Shown piece by piece: positions 51,130 to 61,210 of a stretch of DNA of 64,000 bases. This DNA is from Octopus sinensis (taxonomy: Eukaryota): positions 27,342,001 through 27,406,000 of the forward strand of contig NC_042999.1 in assembly GCF_006345805.1 (NCBI RefSeq), written 5' to 3'. The position numbers and the translations under genes are program-made. How positions within the stretch are numbered: position 1 is the stretch's first letter; every line of letters begins with the position of its first letter. The notes below the pieces were generated by a model. It saw nothing but the letters and a program-made list of their open reading frames with translations. It was not told where the DNA came from and made no database searches.

Positions 51130-51345
51130 TCTCTCTTTTACTCTTTTACTTGTTTCAGTCATTTGACCGTGGTCATGCTGGGGCACCGCCTTTAGTTCAG
51201 CAAATCGACCCCAGGACTTATTCTTTGTAAGCCTAGTACTTATTCTATCGGTTTCTTTTGCCGAACCGGTAAGTTACGGGGATGTAAACACACCACCATC
51301 TGTTGTCAAGCGATGTTGGGAGGACAAACAGACACACAAACACAC
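51130..51345 (-). mobile_element. SINE family B 3' half; short continuation at about 51720-51765
   Basis: Family match, split at its internal microsatellite by the fold-back element. Confidence 0.8.
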
Positions 51346-51411
51346 ACATACATATATATATAAAAAATCTTGCACAACAAATATATAAACGTATATATAT
51401 AATAATAATAA

Positions 51412-51663
51412 ATATTAGGGAATAAATCCAAATTTACAGGGAAAAATCAGATTTAGGATTGAATCCAATTTTATAGTAAAATATAATATAATATTAATTA
51501 GAGACAAAACCACTATTATGCAAATCAAACAAAGAAAGACTTAATCCAATACATAAAAAATTTTATATAAATTAAATATAATTAAGATATCCACTACGAT
51601 TGTTTCTTGTCACTTCTATGGACATTCTTTGTTTGATTTGCATAATAGTGGTTTTGTCTCTAA

Positions 51664-51680
<17 letters not shown>
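51412..51680. mobile_element. Fold-back repeat family, copy 2 (perfect 51-bp inverted arms)
   Basis: 51486-51536 is the exact reverse complement of 51625-51675. Confidence 0.78.
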
Positions 51681-51713
<33 letters not shown>

Positions 51714-52529
51714 ATATATACGACGAGATTTTTTCAGTTTCTGTCTACTAAATCCACTCCCAAAACTCATAGGTAACATGTCATGGAATCAATTGTCTAG
51801 TATCATAGGTGCAAAATGCGCTTCGTCATGTGACATTTTAAACAAGCTCTTTGCTTTTTACGCTTGCTATTTAAGTTTAGAACGGAGTACACTTGACAAC
51901 TCTCGGAGAATACAAGCTTTTTTTATTCGTAGTATGCGATGGAAAGTATTCTTTATCAAGAAGGATGGTACACACTTTAGAATCTGAAGAAGCACTCATG
52001 CTGGAGTTTACGTCCTCGAAAAACTCATCAATTAATCAACATCTAGCACCTGTCGAGGAGAAAACTTATAATATCTTTAAAAATTTTTAATTAAAAATAA
52101 AATCATTAAAAATTAAAATTAAAAATAAAATCATAAAAATTTTTTTGAATATCCTGAAAGAAATAAGAAACGGCGACAAAAATTAAGAAAAACAATGAAG
52201 AATTTCAAAAGAACGCCAAGAATATTAATACCAGCAGATAAGACCGGAAATCTATATATCATTGAAACAACGCTATATAAAAGATTAAATGAGTATGAAC
52301 AAGTGTAACATTCCCCTAGAGATAATAGTAACACGACGAAGAATAGGAAATAGGAGCGAGTCATATGGCCACCGAAAATCTAGGATGAACTTGAGAGACA
52401 AGATTAATTTTGATCGAGACCCCAAAGTTAAATAGGTTCGAGTGACACGTAATATGATTATGAGTAGAAAAGTAATTTTACTAAAATGTATTATTATTAT
52501 TATCATTATAATTATGTTAGTTTTACTCT

Positions 52530-52720
52530 GTTCTTTTATTCTTTTACTTGTTTCAGTCATTTGACTGAGGCCATACTGGAGCACCGCCTTAAAGGGTTTT
52601 ATTCTTTGTAAGCCTAGTACTTATTCTGTCGGTATATTTTGCCGAAACACTAAGTTACTGTGTCGTAAACACACTGGCACCGGTTGCCAAGTGGTGAAGG
52701 CAGGGGACAAAGACACACAT
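52530..52720 (-). mobile_element. SINE family B 3' fragment
   Basis: CTTGTTTCAGTCATTTGACTG...GGGGACAAA. Confidence 0.75.
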
Positions 52721-52728
52721 ACGCAGGT

Positions 52729-52768
<40 letters not shown>

Positions 52769-52775
52769 CGCAGGT

Positions 52776-52829
<54 letters not shown>

Positions 52830-52833
<4 letters not shown>

Positions 52834-53103
52834 AGTGATCGACCGGGCTATCAGATGCTGCTACACATAGCCTTCAAATGACGCCACCTCGCTGGCTAAG
52901 CGACCTGGCCAACAGAAGAAAGAGTGAGAGAAAGTTGTGGCGAAAGAGTACAGCAGGGATCATCAACATCTCCTGCCGGAGCCTCGTGGAGTTTTAGGTG
53001 TTTTCCCTCAATAAACACTCGCAACGCCCGATCTGGGTATCGAAACCGCGATCCTATAACCGAACCGCGAGTCCGTTGCCCTAACCACTGGGCCATTGCG
53101 CCT
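52830..53103 (-). mobile_element. SINE family C, tail type 2 (internal deletion)
   Basis: Family match, within TA/CA microsatellites. Confidence 0.85.
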
Positions 53104-53123
53104 GCACATACACACACACAGAC

Positions 53124-53157
<34 letters not shown>

Positions 53158-53531
53158 TTGCATCAGAAATTAATTAGCACTTCTCAAATTTCTACATTAA
53201 ATAGGTTAAATCAATTAACCTATGAGCTGTTCAAAACGTCTTACGCGATGAGAAAACTTAGTATGGGGTGATTTCGGTCCTTGCGGGGCGCTACCTATAT
53301 CTATTAAACAAAGGAAGATTTGTCTGCATCCGCACTCCAAGTTGTTGTTGCACTGCTATGTCAACATCATAAGGCTGTAGACTCTCAAACTGCTCTGCAA
53401 ACAAAGTTACGTCATCGTTCTGCGCAACAGTGAACTCGCAACAAAGCAATAGTTCGAGATATGGCCACTAGGTGACAGCACATACCTTGAGTGAAGAGCA
53501 AATCAAGGGTGCTAATTAATTTCTGACGGTA

Positions 53532-53569
<38 letters not shown>

Positions 53570-53571
<2 letters not shown>

Positions 53572-53700
53572 GACGGGCTTCTTTCAGTTTCTTTGTACCA
53601 AATCCATTCACAAGCCTTTGGTCGGCGGGGAGCTATAGTAGAAGACACTTCCCCCAAGGTGCTACGCAGTGGGATTGAACCCAGAACCATGTGGTTGTGA
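53570..53700 (-). mobile_element. SINE family B head/CORE fragment
   Basis: CGACGGGCTTCTTTCAGTTTC...GAACCCAGAACCATGTGG. Confidence 0.75.
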
Positions 53701-53760
53701 CTTTCTTTTTTCTTTGAAGGGAACAATTTGTAGAGAAATAAATTTCAACTTTATTTGTAC

Positions 53761-53807
<47 letters not shown>

Positions 53808-53808
53808 T

Positions 53809-54095
53809 GGAGGCGCAATGGCCCAGTGGTTAGGGCAGCGGACTCGCGGTTTCGATTCCCAGACCGGGCGTTGTGAGTGTGTATTGAGCGAAAACATCTA
53901 AAGCTCCACGAGGCTCCGGTAGGGGGGGGGGCTGGCGATCCCTGCTGTACTCTTTCGCCATAGCTTTCTCTCATTCTTTCTTCTGTTGGCCTGCTCGCTT
54001 AGCCGGCGGGGTGGCGTCATTTGAAGGTTAAAACAATGCGAAGCGCATTGTATAGCAACATCTGATAGCCTGGTCGGTCATAGTGATCACGGTGA
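53809..54095 (+). mobile_element. SINE family C, tail type 2
   Basis: Family match, with (TA)n on both sides. Confidence 0.88.
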
Positions 54096-54570
54096 TATAT
54101 ATATATATATATATGTATATTCAGTCTGTAGAATGCTCAGAAGGGATACAATGTGAAAATGTTATACCTTTGAATTACAGTGACATTCCCTTCTTTGGAA
54201 CTCGTCATATTTCTGTCTACTCGTTTCACTCATTAGCAAGATCGAGCTGAGGCCACAAAAACAACACCCAAGATGTGACTGGGATCCAAACCATGTCCCC
54301 GAGATTGCGAAACAAAATAACTAACAAATTCTACCATACAGCATCATATATATGTATGCAAGAATAAAAGTTCTTGGTCGTGTTGTGAGTAGTATGTTTA
54401 TTAATGAGAAAAGTCAAGTTTAATGGAAATATGGTTCGTTTATATGCAGATATATATATAAAACAAAAAATCGTAGTATTTTCGGGAGGAAGTACAATGA
54501 AAGGTTCAACATATCGTTTAGAAGTAGGGAGACATTTCACAAAACTTTTTCTACAAAACTAAATAATTCT

Positions 54571-55036
54571 GGGATTTTTTTCGGTTTGAACGGCAGTTTT
54601 TTCTAGCGGTGTCATATGAAATTGTCATCCATAATTATGACCCTAGAATCGATCTATTTTATTTCAATCTGTTTTAGGTTTAGTGTTAGTTAGGGTTAGT
54701 TAGGGTTACTTAGGGCTAGTTAGGGTTAGGGTTAGGGGTGGGGGAAGAATATCTTTTTTTCTTCACAAATGTAAATAAACCCAATCTGTTTCTTAAACGA
54801 GGTACATATTCATACGGCACAGAATGTTTTTTTTACCTCAATGGACGTCTGTGATTGGTTGAAATTACTGAAGTTGAAGAATAAAAACAACAAATATATT
54901 ACAAACTATAGAAATTTCTCAATAAAGCCAAGAGAAAAAGATATTTTATAAACACATTCTACCAGTATACGAAGCTTAAAATTTTTTAGTTACCTAGAAA
55001 TTATGTTAAAAACTGCCGTTCAAACCGAAAAGATCC
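54571..55036. mobile_element. MITE-like non-autonomous DNA transposon containing telomere-like repeats
   Basis: TIRs of about 30 bp (TTTTCGGTTTGAACGGCAGTTTTT / AAAAACTGCCGTTCAAACCGAAAA) flanked by TAATTCT at 54564-54570 and 55037-55043. Internal TTAGGG variants at 54674-54738. Confidence 0.8.
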
Positions 55037-55699
55037 TAATTCTACTCAAAATTTTAAAAAATATGACCAAAATTTTTTTAAATTACTTCTTGGTAAGTCC
55101 CCGTGGCGTAGGATGAAAGCGTTAGTCTCAAGTATTTCCCTAGTATTTTCTATATGTTTATTCTTTTAATCCTTGATTTATTTCAGTCATTCTGATTGTG
55201 GCCATGATGTTTTTTTTTTTTCTCTATTTATTTTTCTCCTTCACAAAGGTTCCGGAAAAAAGAGGTTTGTTTACGATTGTTCTTCTTTGACCTATTTCCT
55301 TTTCCTTTCTCTTCTACTACTCTTTCATAACTGTAAGTGTATTTTCTAAGTGCTCGAACATGTGCGTGTGTTTGTGTGTATGTGTGAGTGTGTGTTTGCG
55401 TGCATGCGCGCGTACGTATTTGCGTGTGTGTCTTATGGGTGTGCATGTGTGCATGCGAGTGTATGGTGTGTATTGATGCATATATTAACTTATATATCCC
55501 TACGTGTATATATGTTATATGTCCCTGGTCGATATTTACACGCGTTCAGATGCACTCAAACCATCGTAAACCCACACTTAATAATATACAGACGCAAACA
55601 TGCATAAGCATATTTCACTGAAAGCGATGCAAAATTCTTGAAAAACAAAATTCGTAAACTTACAATTTTAGCTCAGCTAAAGAGTTCACTTGAGCCGAA

Positions 55700-56001
55700 A
55701 TGGCCCAGTGGTTAGGGCAGCGGACTCGCGGTCGAAGGATCGCGGTTTCGATTTCCAGACCGGGCGTCGCGTGTGTTTATTGAGCGAAAACACCTAAAAG
55801 CTCAACGAGGCTCCGGCAGGAGTTGGTGGCGACCCCTGTTGTACTCTTTCGCCACAACTTTCTCTCACTCTCTCTTCCTGTTTCTTGGGTAACGCTGCGA
55901 TGGACTGGCGTCCCGTCCAGCTGCTGGGGAACACATACGCCACAGAAACCAGGAAACCGGGTCCGTGAGCCTGGCTAGGTTTAAAGGGCGAAAAAAAAAA
56001 A
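55700..56001 (+). mobile_element. SINE family C, tail type 3
   Basis: Family C head and middle, then GTAACGCTGCGATGGACTGGCGTCCCGTCCAG...CAGAAACC and an A-run. Possible TSD TTCACTTG at 55685-55692 and 56005-56012. Confidence 0.8.
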
Positions 56002-56225
56002 GATTTCACTTGCTCTATGATGTTGATGACTTACCAACTGACAATCAATGGTTTATAAAAGACAGTGAACTTTCTCTTTCAAATAAAGGAATCGACGTGA
56101 AAAACAATTAGATAAAATGATTTAAGCAGATTTGCATTTTATTTCCTTAGGAAAATTTGAAGACATTTTATATCTGTTTATACATTAGGGAAGAAACGAT
56201 ACCACAATTACTTCTAATTAATTTC

Positions 56226-56228
<3 letters not shown>

Positions 56229-56302
<74 letters not shown>
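56229..56302. repeat. (GT)n microsatellite
   Basis: Read directly. Confidence 0.95.
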
Positions 56303-56304
<2 letters not shown>

Positions 56305-56678
56305 GCGTGTGTTTGCGTGTGTATGCATATGTTTGCATGTATTTCTTCGTTGCACCAATATTTATTCCTTACTTCAAATTTCTTTCGTCTGCCTACTTAA
56401 CATTCAGATGAAAATCAAGCCTGAAACGTCAAAGGCACTTCCATTTTCTTCATTCTTGAATGAACTTTAATCTAAGAATTACGCTTCATTTCATCTTTCC
56501 CTTTTATATTATGTCGGTGGTAAATTTAGAATCCATGCACACACCTACGCACGATCACACACGCAAATGTAGCGAGTCACATATATAAATATATGCCTAC
56601 ATGCATCCTTGCATGCATAAATACATTATACTTATATACATTCATACCTAAATATAAAATGCAATCAATTTTGTATAC

Positions 56679-56735
<57 letters not shown>

Positions 56736-57959
56736 TACACATACACACACACAAACACACAAATGCATATACAGATGCACGCATATTTGCATTCATATGT
56801 ACATAATACATTTATACATACGTACCTAAATATAAATTGCAATCAAGTTTATTTAACACACCTTAACCACTATTATTTATGATTACTAAATAAATTAATA
56901 TTGATAGATTTGCAGCATCGGTTGAGATGATAACAAAATCCAAGTCTGAGTTCAAATTCGTGATATTTTCATTGAGGTAAATCAGGTTTGGTTTTAAAAT
57001 AAAACTTATGATCAAAGTATTCCATTTATGGTCATCCTGTTCCTATTATTTATTTAATTGTTTATTTTTAAGGTGATAGATGTTCTGGGAACATTAAATG
57101 ATAGTATTTAATTCGAGATAGATTTCGCTGATAATTCTTGCAAGTTGGGTGACCCTGCAGAAAATACGTCTTATATTACTGATCTCCGTCTGCCTGTCCG
57201 TAACAATATCTTTGTAAAGGGCGGGAAGAAAGAGAAGAATCAAAAGGTGAGATAACCCCTGCCACAACGTATATTTAAGAGGGAATAAGTGGCGAGGAAA
57301 AGTTGTTGTCGTTGAGAGAGAGAATACCACGTGCCTACAAGTCATTAATATTTACATACCAGCCCCAGGTATGTAAATTGATATAGCCAATAACTTAACA
57401 CTGTCGTATGCGGTGGCTATATAAGCAATATGTTCGGAGGCAAGAGTGGGTTAAATTGGTTCTGATGTAGGGGACAAAACCCTCTGAAATATGACATATA
57501 TGCTCATTACCCATTTTTGTTTGTTTTCATCTGATGTCTCAATACCAAACGTTGTAGCAAAAATTATCAGCGCTGGCTAAAATTTTAATAGAAATAACGT
57601 TAACAAAGTATGTATTTACGTATGTGTGTGTAATAAAGTAAAAACCAGAATTCTTGTGAAATACAGGTAGGCAGTGTTTCCTGGCCGAAACATTTATTTA
57701 TATAACCATTTTTCAAGCTGGTAACAAGACCGTAAACTCTGTCTTTTGCTTTGAAGCTGTAGCTCGGGCCGGCGTGGTGGTCGTATGAACTCATGGAATT
57801 TTCCGCTTGATTCTTGACAGAGGTTAAGACAAGTTGGATAATTATGGATATATCCCTTCTTGAATGGATCGCCGTTAAGACAGAACTCACGAAGTAGGTG
57901 AGCTACGTTTTTCCCCATACCACAAGCTATTTCGGTCTTTGAGTATTTTTTAACCCTTT

Positions 57960-59093
57960 TCCGAAATTGGAAGGTGAAAGTGATAGCCAGGCTTCAAGAC
58001 ATTGAAGATGTGGCAGGTCTCATGTCAATGCATTGGCAGGAAAACGCATTGGCGTTGTACCTCGAAATGGACGTTTAAATTTCAGTTTAAATCTCAGTTT
58101 AAACTGAGAGAGAAGAAAAAGGACTGAGAGATGTTTGTTGCTTTTCAGCTGCGATATACATCAGATCGAGGTACCTGGCACCCATACCCTCGTGCACTCC
58201 ACCGTTCAGATTTGCATTTCGTGCAAAGTCTGCAGCTCTAGAAGCAAAAGGATGACAAAATTGCAAATGCTGCACTCAAAAGTCTTTGAAATATTTGTGG
58301 TACCTCTCTGAGAAACTTGTGACGCTTGCATTTTCTGACTCAGCTGTTTCACATGGGACAAAACAACTAAATGACGCATGTTTTGCAGAAACCAGTTGAC
58401 TCAAAACCGAGCAAACGAGCATCAATAAATCCTGAATCAGCTGGGCAGAAACAACTTTAGGATTTCGTTACTGCCAACACAAAAAGATTCTTTGAAATCC
58501 TAGAGGTGTCTTGCACTTTTCTTGAAAAAGACGCTGAAGAATGGAATGATGGTGAAAGTTATGCGAATGCAAGAGATATCGCATATAGACTCAAAGTGGT
58601 AACCGACATTGCGGAAAGAGGTGTACGACTGATGGAGGAATACACAAACTGATAACGAATGATGAAGAGCAGAAACAATAGCTTCTTCAAATTGTTAAAA
58701 GTTACATGTCGTTACTCACTAACAAAAACAAGAAAACATTACTCTTGCTTCACAAAAAAAATTATAAATTATAAAGTGGTTATGATATGCCTACTGAGGA
58801 AACCTCCGCATAAAAAAAGTTAACTCACTATACCCTGTAACTCACTACGTATTATAGCCTAGAATGTCATCGTTTTTTTTATCAAACGGTTCCGGCGAAA
58901 ATATCAACAAAATAATATTTTTGAGCACAAACTGATTACATCTATTTTTAAAGCTTGGTAGTAACCTCTGATTTTCTCTTTTTCAATCCCAAATTTCACA
59001 TATAATGCTTTCTTAGAAATATGAATAAAATGGGAGGGTGTCTCTCTGAAAATTGAAAAAAAAAAATTTTTTATCCCTTTTTGCATCACCCTA
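57960..59093 (+). mobile_element. DNA transposon 3' part with transposase C-terminus, probably hAT-related (hATm-like); pseudogenised
   Basis: EKGLRDVCCF, LWYLSEKLVTLAFSD, LKVVTDIAERGVRLMEEY and ITNDEEQKQ*LLQIV. Right terminus reads TAGGGTG on the minus strand. The superfamily call is from memory of the motifs. Confidence 0.6.
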
Positions 59094-59109
59094 ATACATA
59101 TATATACAT

Positions 59110-60290
59110 ATCAAAGCAATAAAGTTAATGTCTGATCATAAGAGTGACCAATAGTTTCGCATCCACGAAAGCTGCAACTTCGTAGACAACTCATCAGACA
59201 CTAGTCCGAAGACAAAATTAACTCTTCACCACACAGCGGTCGAAATGATCATCAGAGAATAAAATATCCGGCTATAGTGAAGATGGATTATCTCCCCTAG
59301 ACCAGTTATTTGGAGAGAGAAATAAGAGATTTATCTTTTGGCCTGCTCATGGATCGCAAAGACTCTTCCGGGCTTAGTCAGCGAACGGGGAATCCCGTGT
59401 TTGCGTCATGTAGCGCTTGAAATTGTTGCATGGAGTAAATATTTCTTGGCGTGTATTCAACGATCCAGGTCTCAGGCTATCTTTAAGCATCCTTCCTCGC
59501 TCAGCTATGCTATGCAGAGCTTGTAGCGTCCGCTCCCGTTGTTTTATGTGCCCGGCCTTTCTAAAATCTTCCACTTGATATCGTATGGGGTCCCTTGATC
59601 TTTGAGGCACACGCACTGCTGGCCAGGGATGTGACGAATTGTCTTTGTGGGACTCTGAATGAGAACCTGTGGTTGTACAAGCATCGTTTGAATGCCGTAC
59701 CGGCTGATCCGAGGAATTTCCAGTCTCGGATGTAGGCTATGTTCACATCACTCGTACATCTCCGGGCCTGGGGATGTTGTTTCCACCGGTGTTGTTGAGG
59801 CTGTTATTCTTATGACGCACGGGCCCGGCGATGCGACTGTTGGTGCTGTCGCTGTGGCTGTTATCGTTGTGGTGGTCGTCCTCGGCCGTAGAGTTGGCGC
59901 CATTGCCGCCGGTGGTGATGTGTGTGCCATTGGTGATGTGGGTTTCGTCGATGATAATGTGGGTGTGGGGTCGGTAACTTCATCTTCTTCGGCTGTTACG
60001 CTGGTATTGGTGCCGTTGGTGTCAGCGCTGCTGTTTGTGCCGCTGTCGCCGTCTCTGATGCCAACGATGATGTTGGATTATCCGTTACTGCTATTACTAT
60101 GACCGCTATTATATTTCATCTATGATATATTATGTGCACCGGCATATGACTCGATACTAATGCATTTAGATGAGTGGTGTTCATTTCGACTGTTCGAAAA
60201 TAACAACTTAAAATGCATGTTCTCTTTTCGTGGCGTAGATACTGTCTCTAGGCCATCGTGCATGAGCTTTTTGCAAATAGTTTCAGTGAG
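59110..60290 (-). mobile_element. Penelope-like retroelement remnant: linker, GIY-YIG and 3' region
   Basis: FLGSAGTAFKRCLYNHRFSF and IKWKILERPGT*NNGSGRYKLCIA, preceded by a Thr/Pro-rich low-complexity stretch at about 59750-60100. Confidence 0.75.
59141..59202 (-). ncRNA. Type I hammerhead ribozyme motif with an intact catalytic core
   Basis: Minus strand AGTGT-CTGATGA-GTTG-TCTACGAAG(TTGCAGC)TTTCGTGGA-TGC-GAAAC-TATTG-GTC-ACTCT. Stem I has 4 of 5 pairs, stem II has a 9-bp helix, and the cleavage triplet is GUC. Confidence 0.75.
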
Positions 60291-60799
60291 CTGGGGGTAT
60301 ATAAAGTGACCTAGTTCGAATACTCAGAAACGTTCTGAGTATCAATGCCGCCAAGGTCGACTTTTCCTTTCATATTTTGAGATCGGTAAAATAACTATCA
60401 GCTGGCTACTGAGTCGATGTATTCGACTTTCCCCACCCTAGAAATTACTGGCCCTCAGTCAAAATTTGAAAGCAATAATGGGAGCAGTTTATTCGACAGG
60501 TTTCCTCATAGATTTTATCTACAAAATTTACTGTACAAGCTTTAGAAAAATACAAAACGAAAAATTGATGATTTGTGGTGCCAATTAGTAAACAGGATAC
60601 GGTTAGAAAATATTTTGTTTCCCAGTGAAGGAGTTGATAAAGGTTTACGTTGCTGGAGGAAACTCAAAACTATAAGGTTCTGAAATATACTACTTAGACT
60701 CACGGGCAGCAATAAAATTCGACAGAAAGTAATACAAAATCAATTGCCGAAAATAAATGAATAAATAAAGAGTAAATTCAAATTTCGATTTTTTTTATT

Positions 60800-61015
60800 T
60801 TTTCTTTTACTTGTTTTACTCTTTTAACTGCGGTCAAGCGGGAGTATTACCTTAAAGAGTTATTGGTCGAAGAAATCTTTCCAAGCGCCGTACTTCTATC
60901 AGTTTCTTTTGCCGAGCTGATAAGTTACAAAGACGTAAGCACATCAACATCGGTTGTCAAGCGATGGTGGTGGGGAGCAAACACACACGCGCGCGCACGC
61001 ACAAACAAACAAACA

Positions 61016-61052
<37 letters not shown>

Positions 61053-61210
61053 CAGGCTTCTTTCTTACAGTTTCCGTCTACCAAATCCACGCACAAGGAT
61101 TTGGTCGGCCCGAGACTATAGTAAAAGGCGCTTGCCTAAGGTGCCACACAGTGGGACTGAACCCGGAACCATGTGGTTGAGAAGCAAGTTTCTTACCACT
61201 CAGGCATGCC
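60800..61210 (-). mobile_element. SINE family B, diverged
   Basis: CATCGGTTGTCAAGCGATGG...GGGACTGAACCCGGAACCATGTGG. Confidence 0.8.

Noticed and set aside
51984-52022. CTGAAGA...GAAA hammerhead-like match
   Set aside because: The AGCA/TGCT hairpin is not followed directly by GAAA and there is no stem I or III, so it is probably chance within a weak Penelope-like remnant.
54674-54738. True telomere or chromosome fusion site
   Set aside because: The tract is short, degenerate, single-orientation and enclosed by TIRs.
57600-57918. Minus-strand ORFs faintly like an integrase core
   Set aside because: Similarity is too weak and no catalytic motif is recoverable.
59692-60102. 136-aa Val/Ala-rich ORF as a membrane or mucin-like gene
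   Set aside because: It is low-complexity sequence lying antisense within the Penelope-like remnant.
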